Source of the DNA: Felis catus
Lineage: Eukaryota
Assembly: GCF_018350175.1 (NCBI RefSeq)
Contig: NC_058383.1
Span: 20,772,001-20,836,000, forward strand
Direction of reading: 5' to 3'
DNA: 64,000 bases
Below the pieces are notes generated by a model, which saw only the letters and a program-made list of their open reading frames with translations, had not been told where the DNA came from and made no database searches. The stretch's first letter is position 1, and every line of letters starts with the position of its first letter. Shown piece after piece: positions 1 through 12,009 of this stretch. Both the position numbers and the translations under genes were made by a program.

Positions 1-60
1 CGCTCACACTCTGTCTCTCACAAAATGAATAAACACATTGAAAAATTAAAAAAAAAAAAA
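1..60 (+). mobile_element. Can-SINE 3' end (truncated by window edge)
   Basis: ctctgtctctc + aataaac + poly-A tail, as in the other SINEs here. Confidence 0.8.
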
Positions 61-1087
61 CAATTAACTACGGGAAAGCGTAAACGTTGACTTTTTTGTG
101 CACGGGGAAGCCAAAAGAGGCGCGTGACAAGCTCTATGGCACGATTCACTTTATGGTGGTGTTCTAGAACCGGACCCGCGATACCTACACCAGGTGCGCC
201 TGTAACAGCGTCTCGCTCTCTTCTTTTCAAAAGCCATGACCAAAGAGAAACGCAGCCTTGGGGGACCCTTCCAGTAGAAGCGTCTCCCCACAATCTACCC
301 GCTGGAAGCGAAGAGGCGGCCATCCGCCACGATACCTCTAAGAGACGGAGAGCCTTGAAGGCAGAGCGACGGTGGCCAGAGGTGCTGGCGGGCCCCAGAC
401 ACAACCCTACGGCCGCGCTCCACGGTCCACATAAATTACCTTTGGGCACGGAGCTAAACGAAAGAACTCAGGATAATCCCGCATTTTAGTAGAGCCTCCC
501 TCTCTGCAACGCGGTCTCCCGCCAAACAGACCACATCTGCACAGGCCTGTGCCGAATGCATCCCGGCCGGCAGGCCTGTGATTTAAGACCGGGTCTTCCT
601 TGTCTCCATACTACATAATGAAGTCAGTCACATTTTATTGCCAAATGGCCCCGGTAATGCCTCCGTAACTGCCCATCGAAGGTGCTCTTGCTTTCGGGAA
701 TAAAGAGCGAATTTGAATTTCACCAAGATAAACTCGTGGCTGGGTCAATACATCGCATGGTTATCGTGTGTGCCCTGCACTTTATCTATTTTTAGGCCTT
801 GCTCCTGCAAGGAAATAAAAATGTATTACCCGACTGTGTAAAAGCCACGGCCCTGGGGGAGAGCAGGCACATTTGTGAACTGTTCTCTGTGGGGTGGTGG
901 GGGGGGGGGCAGAGGGAGGCAAGGGTTTCGCGGCTGGTAGAAAAAAAAATGCAGCAGGGAGCGGGAGAGGGGCAACAGAAAGAAGGAAAAATCACTTATT
1001 GGAGCCAACGTTGCATTTTAAAAAGGCATTTTTTTTCGTGGGCGACATTCAATCCTCCAACAAGAGTTTCGAGTGATTGGCCTCATC

Positions 1088-1293
1088 TTTTTTTTTTCTT
1101 TTTTAAATGTTTATTTATTCTTTAAGAGAGAGAGAACGAGCAGGGGAGGGGCAGAGAGAGTCGGGGACAGAGCATCGGAAGCCAGCTCCGCACTGAGAGC
1201 CGAGAGCCCCACGCGGGGCTCAAACTCACAAACCGTGAGATCATGAGCTGAGCCCAAGTCGGCCGCTTAACCGACTGAGCCACCCAGGCGCCT
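1088..1293 (-). mobile_element. Can-SINE
   Basis: Poly-T, GA-rich, ...gactgagccacccaggcgcc; TSD gattggcctcRtctt on both sides. Confidence 0.95.
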
Positions 1294-2059
1294 CACGATT
1301 GGCCTCGTCTTACACAAGGGGGAGACTGAGAGGACCAGCGGGGGAAGGGGGCCCTTTCAAGGTCACATGGATTCTGGATCTGAGACGGCCGCCATGTTTC
1401 TGGTTCTCTCTCCTTACAGGTGCATGCGGAGGTCACCCTCCCCTGCCCTTTCGGAGGCAGCTGTGACCTGTGACTCGCTTTGGACACCCAGTGAGCCAAA
1501 GGAGAGGGTGTCCCTTCCAGCGGGAGGTCTGAGAGCCAGAGCACCTACAACTCGCGACTTTCTCCACGCTATGACAAAACCAGAGTCCTGGATGGCAGCT
1601 GTCTGGGGAGCGTGGGTCCCCAGGTGAGAAGACAGCTCCCGCAGAGCCATGGTGGACGCACAGCAAACATGAAAAAAGCCCTTGGCTGTCCCACACCTCT
1701 GGGCGCTGGGCCCTACTTGTTACTGAGGCATAACCCCACCCATCCTGACGCTCCGCCCCAGGGCTGGGCTTTTCCACTCCACTGAGCAAAGCCAGGTTTG
1801 AGTTTAGGTCTCCCGAATCCAAGCTCACGGTTTTGCCCGGGGCCTTCCTTCTTCCCTTAGGAGGTCCTCTATTCTTTCATACCTACTTTGCAGAACAGGA
1901 AATGACGCTTTGGAGAAGCCACCTGCGTGAGGGCACGGCACCAAGAACTAGCCCCACGACGTCGACCTCAGCATCAGAGCTCCTCTGAGCCTCCTTTCCT
2001 TTCTCTTCCAGTTCCTAGCCTTGCAGGAAGTCACGCAGCCTGGAGATGAGCGGTGCCGG

Positions 2060-2250
2060 CCGCGGGGGCCGCCTGCCTGGGTTCAAACGAGGCTCTGGGT
2101 ACACGTCGAACGGCGTTCCTCATCTGTAACGGGCGGAGGTCACCAGTAACAGCGCCTACCTCCTGGGGTCACGGCGACACATGCGTGGGTGCTCCCCGCA
2201 GCTCGTGGCCAACACTACACACAGTAGTTTGCTCACCACGAGCCCCCTTT
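2060..2250 (+). mobile_element. MIR (degenerate)
   Basis: gggttcaaa ... ttcctcatctgtaa ... cctacctcctggggtc resembles the MIR core. Confidence 0.6.
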
Positions 2251-2849
2251 ATCCAGCGCTGCCTCAGTACCGCGGGTATGCAGCTCTCCTTGGGCACTGT
2301 GACCAATAGATCCCTTCTCCAGAACACTCTATCCACCAGCCTGCACCGCTGACAGGCCAGGTGCAGGAGGGGGACCCTGCTTTTGCAACACGCACCCCGG
2401 AGGTAGCCCGGGCAGATGACTATTGGCCTTGGACTTCCCCAGACTTTATTCTCCACTGCTCGTTCAACCTCCCAAACTATCATCATCCGTCTAACATGGT
2501 TAGCATTACTTCCCCATCTCTAAGGACCCTCTTTCATTTTTCCTCCTTTTATAAATATTTACTGAGTACCTGCCGTTGCCAGGCACGGTGCTTGGTGGCC
2601 GGCAGGCAAACGGTGACTCAGACACAGTGTGGCCAAGGAGGAGGACCCATGGGTTAGCAAATGTAAAACAGTCTGTTCGGCATTTAAGGCAAAGGAGGTA
2701 AGAGGGTGTTGTGGGAGCACATTACTTGATTCAGCAAACATTTATTGAGCGCATACTGTGCACCTGACGTTTTGCTCAGCACTGGAAATACGATGGTAGA
2801 AAGGCCAGGCATTATGCATTCTCCTATGGAGTTCAGAATCGAAGATTTG

Positions 2850-3355
2850 TGTCCGCGAGCACCCTTTCTCCCCTATTTACACCCAGCCGACGCGACTTAG
2901 GCATGGTTGACTCCACTCTAAAAATCCGAGGAGGACTCATCATCAAAGCTCAGCCCACGGGAGTTTGGTTCCCGTCAGTGATTCGGGAGTGGTCACACGA
3001 TCCAAGCTGTCCATCAAAGAACAGCATCCAGGCAATTGCCGGAGCTTTCGCAGAGAGGTTCGACCACCACGCTATGATGTAAACCCGGAGTGACCAACAG
3101 ATCTCTTACCAATATTCATGGAGGACCAGGCTGAGGCTGGTATCAGCAGACGGGAAAAAAGAGACAAGAGATGGAGAAAAGATTTCTGTTAACATCTTCT
3201 TAGCCGCTGTCACACTGAATGAGACTGGATCCAACCATTCCTGAAGACGTCCTTCTACACCTTAAACTTTTTAAATTAATACTAAGCACTTTTTTTGCTT
3301 AGGCCAGTCTGAGTGGGTTTCTGTCACTTATGAACAAAAGAATACAACTGAATGC
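2850..3355 (+). mobile_element. MaLR LTR (old MLT1-like)
   Basis: 3' signature tttgcttaggccagtctgagtgggtttctgtcacttatgaacaaaagaatacaactgaatgca. Confidence 0.65.
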
Positions 3356-4837
3356 AGCAGGCACAGAAAAAGGAAAGAAGTTCTGTGAAGAGAGAAAAGA
3401 ATTTCCCAGACTGCAACTCAGCCGCCCGGACAGCAGGTCTGGGAACCGAATTTCACTTTCAAAGCAGCAGAAGGACCAGGACAGCAGTGCCTGGAGTTAG
3501 GGCTGACCCAGCAAGGTCTGTGGAGACAAAGAGCCCCATCCAGACCCCATCCAGAAGCACTGACATTCTTGAGGTCTGACCACTGCCACCTGGCTTTGCA
3601 AATGTCAGCAAAGAGAGACATCGCCCTGCCTCCTCCTGGTCTGACGAGCTGAATACAGCCGTTTCCTTTCTCCCCTTCCCTAGTGCCGACCTTCCAGGTG
3701 GTCACACTGGCCAGGCCTTTGAGATTTTAGTGCCGAAACCTGACGGTCCCACTGTTTCCCTGGAGTTAGGTCAAGTCGCTTGAGACCCGAGGCCTCAGAG
3801 AAAGCCCAGGTGTGGCAGTTCCAGAGCATTCCTGCCTGTCTTTGGTGTTCACACGGGGCAAGGGGTCCAGGCAGGGGTGGGGACTACCACCGTGGAGGGC
3901 TGGAGATGAGAAGGCAGGAAACCTGGAGAATAGTTCTGGCTCCTGATGTGTGCCCTTGGAAATGACCTTTAATCTTCCTGAGACAGCTTCCTCACCTGTC
4001 ATCTGCCAACCCTCTCGTCTGTCCACACACGTCTCCTCCTTGCATGGCTTCTCTGACTTTCACTTTGCTCAGACACGATGCAAAACATCCCACCATCCCC
4101 GCCTCCTCTATGCCATCACCTTTGCACTTGACCTTCTCAGGTGCCTTCATGGCTCCAGGTAGAAGAGCTTGGACTGGACGGAGGCTGGGAACGCAGAAAA
4201 GCTCATCTGCCCCAGGGTGGGTCACGAGGAGCCCCGCTGGGTGCATTCCTCATGGCCCTGGGGGAAAGGCAGCAGGAGAGAGTTTGGGGAATAGCGCTTG
4301 GGTTCTGGGACATGGGACCAAAACCTCCCGGGAAAGAAGGCAATTTTGCAGCCAACTTCTTAAGGAGCTGCCTAGGGAGACCAGAGAAGTCAGCCTGAGG
4401 GAAAACACTGATGTCAGTAAGGCCACAGGGCTCCCTCTGGGGGCAAAGAAACGATGAGGTCTCCTGAATCCTTAGGGAGGTGGTGTATAATCTGGAGGTG
4501 TGGCTGTTACATTCCAAAATCTCCCATTTAGGATTCTGCATCCACATTATAATGGAGGCTCTTTGAGTTGTTATTTTGTTTGCGATTTTTACTTTTGTTT
4601 GTTGCCAGCCCTGGTGTGAGGGATCCCTTGCATCTGAAAACTGGGTCCCTTGATGCCTGTTGACAAAATCGCAAAGTTAAGCGTGTGGGTGGACTTTCCC
4701 AAGCTGTAGAACGGAATTCCTCTGCTAAGCTGATAAATTTGTCCACGGTGCGAGCTGGAGTCTGCCGAAAGGCATGTTTTTTGCAAGGTGAACCCATACA
4801 TTGTCGGTGATTTGTGGCCAGTGGGCAACAGAATAAT

Positions 4838-5035
4838 GGGGCGCCCGCGTGGCTCAGTCGGTTAAGCACTCAACTTCAGTGCAGGTCACAATCTCGCGGT
4901 TCCTGAGTTCGAGCCCTGCATCTGGCTCTCTCTGCTGTCAGCTCAAAGCGCTCTTCAGCTTCAGATCTTCTGTTTCCCTCTCTCTACGCACCCCGCCCCT
5001 GCTTGCACTCTCTTTCTAAAATAAATAAACATTAA

Positions 5036-5037
<2 letters not shown>
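4838..5037 (+). mobile_element. Can-SINE, followed by (CA)n
   Basis: ggggcgcccgcgtggctcagtcggttaag head; aaataaataaacatt tail. Confidence 0.93.

Positions 5038-5066
<29 letters not shown>
5038..5066. repeat. (CA)n microsatellite
   Basis: Direct reading. Confidence 0.95.
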
Positions 5067-5073
<7 letters not shown>

Positions 5074-5606
5074 GATGAGAAATTCAAAACACAAGGTTCT
5101 GTGGAGCCAGGATAAGCTCTGAATCCTGGTGGGGAGAGAGCTCTCCCCCCACAAAGTGCATATTGTAGCAAACGCAGAGCAGATGTCTCAGGGTCCACGG
5201 GAAGCTGGGGTTGAGCACGGACACCCCACGCAGAGAGCCCCAAACAGCAGAAGCAGCCTCCACGGGGCCCTCAGGGACGTGGCAGGGAAGAGGCCAGTTA
5301 GTGCTACAGGGATCCCCCCCACGATGGGGGCTGGAGAGCCTAAGCCAGAGGCTGCAGACCGGTGGTCTGTGGACCAAAGCTGAGCAGCCAGCGTGATCCG
5401 TTTGTGCTATACGTTTCTAACTGACTAAGCAGGACAAGGGCTTTGTCTGTTCTGTTTAGTTTATCCTCGGCACCCAGAGCAAGTTTGGCACACGGTTAAG
5501 TGCCCAAAAAACACTGGCTGAACTGACGGATGAACAGATAGCCGAGTCATGGGATTTTTGATCCGCGGCCAGATTTCCAGCTTCTTTTAAAAAAATCAGT
5601 AAAATC

Positions 5607-5805
5607 GGGGCGCCTGGGTGGCTCAGTCAGGTAAGCCTCTGACTCCTGATTTCGGCTCAGGTTATGGTCTCATAGTTCGTGAGTTCGAGCCCCAAATCGG
5701 GCTCTGTGCTGACAGCATGGAGCCTGCATGGGAGTCTCTCTCCCTGCCCCTCCCCTGCTCTCACCGGCACAAGCTCTCTCTCTTTCTCTCTCAAAAAAAA
5801 TAAAT
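5607..5805 (+). mobile_element. Can-SINE
   Basis: Canonical head and (CT)n/A tail. Confidence 0.95.
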
Positions 5806-6030
5806 AGAGGCAGGTGGATGGCTCAGTCGGTTAAGCATCTGACTCTCGGTTTTCAGCTCAGTTCATGATCTCACAGGTTTCGTAAGTTTGAGCCCCGTGC
5901 CGGACTCCGTGCTCCCAGGGAAGAGCCTGCATGGGATTCTCTCTCTCTCTCTTCCTGTTTCTCTGCCCCTCCCTCGCTCATGCCGTCTCTGTCTCTCTCA
6001 AAATAAATAAATAAACTTAAAAAATAATAT
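5806..6030 (+). mobile_element. Can-SINE inserted in the tail of the previous SINE
   Basis: ggatggctcagtcggttaagcatctgactc; outer TSD aaaaatcag(t/a)a flanks the pair. Confidence 0.9.
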
Positions 6031-6510
6031 AAACAAACATTTTTTAAAAATCAGAAGAATTAAGACAACAAGGAGCTGGAGCTGAGTAGCACCTGCTCCC
6101 TGAAGGCGGAAGCTGTTCTCTCCTTTTTACCGCAATCCCCACCATCCCCTATCGGCTCGTGCTGGACTCACTTCTTTCCCAGCATCATCACCTACCAGCG
6201 TGCAGGCACTTAGGTCTGTTGACCATGACCCAAGCCAATGTGAGAATTTTCCATGTGAAATCTACTCTAGTCCCTGAACAGGGCACAGCCAGAGAATCCG
6301 GGTTCTCACTCGTATTACTAACCCCTAGAAGGATCCTTCCCGAGGGAGCTGGGCCTCACTTCTTCCAGTGTCTGTGGGCCATGGAAGGCCAAACGGTCAC
6401 AAACCCAGCCGACATGTTGCTCTCCATTTGCCTCCAACATTTCAAAACTGTGGAACACGAATCCTTCAAAACTCAAAAGAATCCAGCTTTCTAGTAAGCT
6501 CTCAGGGAGG

Positions 6511-6512
<2 letters not shown>

Positions 6513-6548
<36 letters not shown>
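6513..6548. repeat. (GT)n microsatellite
   Basis: Direct reading. Confidence 0.95.
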
Positions 6549-6550
<2 letters not shown>

Positions 6551-6924
6551 CTTTGTAAAATGCTTTACCAATGTGAAATTTGTTATTATTACCTCATATT
6601 CCACTGGGTCATTGCCTGCAAGGAATCAATGAGGAAAGAAAGCATGCAGTTGGTTTAGCTGATCAGGAAAATCAAATGGGTTCACACTAATTTGGCCAAT
6701 GAGCTTAAAGTGTTCTACACTTTCACCCCTTTCAGAGAGGCCCCGAAGTGAATGCACCAGCGGGGGGCGGGGGGGGGGGCACTCACCGACCAAATCACAA
6801 GTTAAAAGTCTACAAACTGTAGACCTATATCAATCCCAGGAAACACCTACGGTATGGGTCTTATGGACACACTGTCCACAGCTGGGAGGCAGTGCAGCAT
6901 TGTGGTCAAGAGAAAGGAACTCTC

Positions 6925-7130
6925 GCAGCACCTGGGTTGGTTAAGCATCCAACTTTGGCTCAGGTCATGATCTCACAGTTCATGGGTTTAAGTCCTACAA
7001 CAAGCTCTGCACGGACACTGCAGAACCTGCTTAGGATTCTCTCTCTCTCCCTCCCTCCCCGACTCGTGTTTTCTCTCTCTGTCTCTCAAACTAAATACAT
7101 AAAACTTTTTAAAAAATTAAAAAATAAAAG
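6925..7130 (+). mobile_element. Can-SINE inserted in a MIR (MIR ~6890-7380)
   Basis: cacctgggttggttaagcatccaactttggctcaggtcatgatctc; flanks read as MIR (cttagcctctgtcttcctatctgcaaatg). Confidence 0.9.
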
Positions 7131-7639
7131 AGAGAGAATGGATCTCTCGACTCAACAGAATCAGGTTGGGGGTCTGGCCCCGTCACTTTACTTTCTGAGA
7201 GTTCTTAGCCTCCCTTAGCCTCTGTCTTCCTATCTGCAAATGCCAATAACAACAGTAAGCACTCCTTCAATTGAAGTGAAGGTTCTGTAAAGGATCGTGA
7301 GGTTCACTATCAACAGGAACACCCGGCAGAGCATCCGGCCGAGAGAAAACGCTCAGGAAACGTTAGCCACACTATTCTAAGAGAGGAACGGTACGAAAGT
7401 TTGCCCCAGATCACACGATAGACTTAATCTGTGCCTGTGTTCAGTCATACATAGACTGTTCTAGTCTACCTACTATCTGCAGGGGTTCTGCTAATAAGCC
7501 CGCAGCATGAGAGAACAGTCTGGTATCTGAACTCTAGCTGGAGAAACACACACATAAACAACAATTACCGGGTCATTTCTGCAAGTGCATACAAAGAACG
7601 TTAGGAGCCTCGAGGACGGAATGACTCTGCCAGGAGCCT

Positions 7640-7875
7640 AGAATTCATAGCGAGGCAAATCTGCAGAGACGGGAGAGGAGATTAGTGGTTGCCTGGGTTG
7701 AGAGCGGGAATGGGGATTTGATTACAAAAGAGCATGAAAGATCTTTCTGGAGAGGAGAAAATGTTTTAAATTGGACTGTGTCGACGGTCGCACAACTATG
7801 TAAATTTGCCAAAACCAATTGAGCTGTACCCTTAAAACAAGGGAATTTCATACACAGTAAATCACATCTCAATAT
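7640..7875 (+). mobile_element. Old L1 (L1MB/L1MC-like) 3' end
   Basis: agattagtggttgcctggg ... gaaaatgttttaaattggactgtg ... gtacccttaaaacaagggaatttcatacacagtaaatcacatctcaata. Confidence 0.8.
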
Positions 7876-7910
7876 AGATAGCACCAAGAATTTAAAAGCA
7901 TTCAGGGATT

Positions 7911-8130
7911 GCGGCGCCTGGGTGGTTCAGTTGGTTGAGCGTCCAACTTCAGCTTGGGTCATGACCTTGTAGTTCGCGAGTTTGAACCCCACATCAGGCT
8001 CACTGCTGTCAGAGCGGAACCCCCTTTGGATCCTCTGTCCCCCTCCCTCTGCCCCTCCCTCACTTGCAAGCTCTCTCTCAATATTAAGTAAGTCAATAAA
8101 ATAAAATAGAATAATTAAAACAAAATATAA
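7911..8130 (+). mobile_element. Can-SINE (TSD also encloses a duplicated 3' flank; see findings)
   Basis: ggcgcctgggtggttcagttggttgagcgtcc head; A-rich tail. Confidence 0.93.
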
Positions 8131-8132
8131 TA

Positions 8133-8248
8133 AAATGTGTTCCCAACCTGTAACAATCACGAAGTTCTTGGGGGAAACAACTGGAAAGATCTGTTAACAC
8201 AGGGCCCCCACTCCCACAGGGTAAAAGTCTGCTCTGGGAAGCCCACGC
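8133..8248 (+). repeat. Dispersed direct repeat, copy A (partner 11584-11600 + 11907-12009)
   Basis: Manual alignment: about 12 differences over ~103 nt from aacctgtaaca to agcccacgc. Confidence 0.9.
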
Positions 8249-9099
8249 CTGTCGGATTGTTAAAGTATTCAGGGAAGAGGGGTCATTAAGCGACGCCTCC
8301 TGGATGGTAGACCACTAGACAAGGAGGAAGGACTTGGTCTCCCCCTTGAGACGCAGGGTTACCGGCAAAGCAGCAAAGGAAGAACGGGCAGGACTCACAT
8401 GATCGAGAACCACCGGAAGGCTGGGTGAGACACTCTACCCGGTGTGGACACAGGGACTCTGGGACACGAGGCTTCCCTGGGACAGAGACCCCGTGGCATT
8501 ATCACACCCTAGCGATGCCTGGCGCCTGCTGTGACACGCTGTATCTCCCGTGCTAATGGGGGGCTTTGGCTTTGCGAACTAAATCCAAGTTCACTGCTAG
8601 AAAACAGAAAGCCCTTCATAGGACATGAGAGCAGAGCAAAGTGTTTGATTTCTCTGAGGTTCCCCCAGAGGAAGCCTCCCCTTCACGGGTACTTAGGGGA
8701 TTTGTAGCTTCTTTGCGGAAATGGCACAAGAGGTTTCTGTGCGTAATCCCCAGATCTTGAGAGTTTGGGCTGCATTCCGTTTATATTTCAAGAGTACCAC
8801 GGTGTCATCCGTGACCGTGAGCTTCAACTCTCCATGCGGGGAGCAGGCTGGGAGAAACCAAGGTGTTCAGAAAGCTTTTAAAGATGACAAAGCTAAGGCC
8901 AAGAGCAGCACCTTTTAGGGTTTCTGGCCAGACCACCATTTCCCTCCCAACCGTCCCACCTGTCACTTGAGCAGACATGGTGATATTCCCTGACTCCACC
9001 CTCCCGACCTCCAACTAGATCCCTGGTCCTAGCTGGGCCATTCGGATGATTTCTCCAAAGGGATCAGAACCGAGCTGAGGAATGTTCACTATTCCAGGC

Positions 9100-9382
9100 T
9101 GGTCAGTGGCCCTCCATCCGTGTAGAACTGGACACTGTGTAGACCTGACCTCTGGTCAGGAAGCACTGACCTCTGGTCCCAAGACAGTGATGGCGGAGAC
9201 CTACCCCCGCCATCCTGATTACCGCCTGTGTCTGGCTCTAGTTCCCTGTGAGGCGGAGCTCACCTCATTATACCCCTGGGATGTACTGAAGGCTCAGTAT
9301 GCTTCCAGTGAATTCCTGTATCTTGCTAACACAAGTTGAAAAGGGACTCCTTTCACTTGGAATCAGCATCCTGACCGAGTCA
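9100..9382 (+). mobile_element. ERVL-type LTR 3' portion (LTR33/LTR41-like)
   Basis: gcttccagtgaattcctgtatcttgctaac ... cacttggaatcagcatcctgaccgagtca resembles an ERVL/MaLR LTR 3' end. Confidence 0.4.
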
Positions 9383-10187
9383 GAGGACGCCAGTCCCGCA
9401 AAATCACAAATGCACCATTAACACCGAGAACCCTTCTCTCCTGCTGGACCAGGGACCTTGATGTCCGTTACTCAAGGTGGCACGGGTCCCTTGGTCATCA
9501 GTCTGGGCACTTGCTTTGAATTCACACGATGGTTTCCAGAAGCCAGTCTACTTCAGGTCCAACCTGAGAAGGGACTGCTTTTTATAAAAGAGGGAAAGAC
9601 TGTAGCTGGAAATCACAAAGACAAAGACAAACCAGGAGGAGCAGGCAGGGGTCATGGTCATAGCAATTTTGGTTTTGCTCAAATGGGGTGATCGAGGAAA
9701 TGGGTTGAATTACATAAAGCACAGAACCGTGCCTCATCCAAAATGCGTGCTAGTTACTATTAGTGAGCGATAATTATTCTCATCCTGAGGGCAATGGAAA
9801 GGACTAGAAGGATTTTTAGCAGAGGTGCAATGTCACTTTTAGAATTCAGAAGGTCCCCTGGATGTGGGATGGGTTGGTCAAGAGCCGTCTAACTGAGCCC
9901 ATGAGCACTGGAAAAAAAACAAAGTCGTGTGTTGAATGGGAGTTGTGTAACACGAAAGCAAGATATGGTTTTGAGTACTGTGAGCATCTTCCAACTAGGG
10001 GGTCTCCTCCCAAGACAAGAAGCTCTCAAGAAACCCGCCACCTCCTCAGAGTAAGTTCCAGAAAACAGAAAACTGGATTCTGAAGTGTCATTCTAGAGAA
10101 CCTCGTTTGGAGTTCTTTCTGCGTATGGATCTGCACAATGGTGGTGAAAACTTAAAGAAGCAAAAGCAGTGAAAACAAAGCTGGTGA

Positions 10188-10397
10188 GGGGCGCCTGGGT
10201 GGCTCAGTCGGTTAAGCGTCCGACTTTGGCTCAGGTCATGATCTCACGGCTCGTGGGTTCGAGCCCCACGTCGGGCTCTGTGCTGACAGCTCAGAGTCAG
10301 GAGCTTGCTTCCGATTCTGTGTCTCCCTCACTCTCTGCTCCCCCCACCCCCCACCTCGCGCTCTGTCTGTCTCTTTCTCAGAGACAAACACTTAAAG
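10188..10397 (+). mobile_element. Can-SINE (no poly-A tail or TSD)
   Basis: Canonical head and body. Confidence 0.95.
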
Positions 10398-10512
10398 AAA
10401 TCATAAGGCAGAGAAAATACATCAATGCTACTGTCCTTTGCTGACTGAAAAAAATCCAGGTAGAAGTGGACCCACACAGTTCAAACCAACGTTGGCTCAA
10501 GGGTCAACTGTA
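10393..10512 (+). mobile_element. Tigger2/MER8-type MITE, 3' part only
   Basis: aaatcataaggcagagaaaatac ... aagtggacccacacagttcaaaccaacgttggctcaagggtcaactg|ta terminal repeat and TA target. Confidence 0.8.
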
Positions 10513-11035
10513 TATCCCAAGTTTTTTTAGAAGACCTGTTTGGGTACTGAATTCATTTTCTCTCCTCCCTTTCATTCTTTAACCTCCTCAAATACAGATT
10601 CTTTCCTTATCAGTCTCCTAAGATTACTGCCAGACCCTCTGGACATATTTAAGGTCCCATCTGACTACCTTCCAGCAGCAGTCAGGCATGATTCAACTAC
10701 GCTATCTCTCTGAACACTATCTTCTTTTGGCTTTGGTGGCACCAGCCTTCCTAATTTCCCCCCAAATCAACTGGCCAGTCTTTCTCAGCTTCCTAACCTG
10801 TGCCCTTCTCCTCCACCTGCTCCTCCTCCTACCATGTTGGAACGTGCCACAGCTCAGGCCTGGACCTCTTCTCTTCTCATCCCGTATGACCTCCCTACAT
10901 GATGGCATAAATCCCATGGCGTGTGAATCCAGCTATGGCCGGCAACTTTCCAAAGTCACCTGTGCCGTGACCTCAGACTGATCCATACAACTGCTTTCTC
11001 AGCCACCCTACTTGTGCGTCTAATAGGCATCTCCA

Positions 11036-11234
11036 GGGGCGCCTGGGTGGCTCGGTCGGTTGAGCGGCCGACTTCGGCTCAGGTCATGATCTCACAGCTG
11101 GTGAGTTCGAGCCCCGCGTCGGGCTCTGTGCCAACAGCTCGGAGCCAGGAGCCTGCTTCCGATTCTGTGTCTCCCTCTCTCTCTGCCCCAACCCACTCGC
11201 ATTCTACCTCTGTCTCTCTCAAAAATAAACATTA
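11036..11234 (+). mobile_element. Can-SINE
   Basis: Canonical; outer TSD aggcatctc at ~11025 and ~11483. Confidence 0.95.
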
Positions 11235-11455
11235 GGGGCGCCTGGGTGGCGCAGTCGGTTGGGCGTCCGACTTCAGCCAGGTCACGATCTTGCGGTCTGT
11301 GAGTTCGAGCCCCGCATCAGGCTCTGGGCTGATGGCTCAGAGCCTGGAGCCTGTTTCCGATTCTGTGTCTCCCTCTCTCTCTGCCCCTCCCCCGTTCATG
11401 CTCTGTCTCTCTCTGTCCCAAAAATAAATAAACGTTGAAAAAAAATTAAAAAAAA
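11235..11455 (+). mobile_element. Young feline-type Can-SINE nested in the tail of the previous SINE
   Basis: tggcgcagtcgg...ttcagccaggtcacgatct; TSD aaaaataaacatta. Confidence 0.95.
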
Positions 11456-11601
11456 AAATAAACATTAAAAAAAACTTTTACCAGGCATCTCAACTCACAC
11501 TGTACAAACAGAATTCTTGATGTCTTCCTCGACCCCCAAACATATCCCATCGTCTCTAATTAGTTCCTGTAATGATACCTGTTAAATGTGTTTCCAACCT
11601 C

Positions 11602-11812
11602 GGGACACCTGGGTGGCTCGGTCGGTTAAGTGTCCGACTTTGGCTCGGGTCATGATCTCGCAGGTCACGAGTTAGAACCCCACGTCGGGCTCGCGGCTGT
11701 CAGTGCAGAGCCCGCTTCAGACCCTCTGTCCCCCTCTCTCTGCCTCTCCACTGCTTGTGTGCTCTCTCTCAAAAATAAATAAGTAGATGAATAAATAATA
11801 ATTAAAATAAAA
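11602..11812 (+). mobile_element. Can-SINE
   Basis: gggacacctgggtggctcggtcggttaag head. Confidence 0.93.
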
Positions 11813-11893
11813 CATAACGTGACATAACGTGACATAACGTGACATAACGTAACATAACATAGCATAACATAACATAACATAACATAACATAAC
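11812..11893. repeat. (ACATAACGTG)n / (CATAA)n microsatellite grown from a SINE tail
   Basis: Direct reading. Confidence 0.95.
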
Positions 11894-11906
11894 ACGACGT
11901 GTCTAA

Positions 11907-12009
11907 AACCTGTAACAGTTACGAAGTTCTTGGGGGAAAAAATGGAAAGATCTGTTAACCCGGGGCCCCCATTCCCACAGGACGAAGGTCTGCTCTGGGG
12001 AGCCCACGC
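11907..12009 (+). repeat. Dispersed direct repeat, copy B (partner 8133-8248)
   Basis: Manual alignment to 8145-8248. Confidence 0.9.

Larger units (their letters stand above)
5343..6235 (+). mobile_element. hAT-Charlie MER102-like fossil, interrupted by an L2 piece and two SINEs
   Basis: cagaggctgcagaccggtgg start; ccagatttccagcttcttttaaaaaaatcag; gctggagctgagtagc; ccccaccatcccctat match the recalled MER102 consensus. Confidence 0.55.

Noticed and set aside
9143..9178. Duplicated ctgacctctggtc with nuclear-receptor half-sites
   Set aside because: It is a 13-bp repeat inside a probable LTR fossil, and the spacing does not match a canonical response element.
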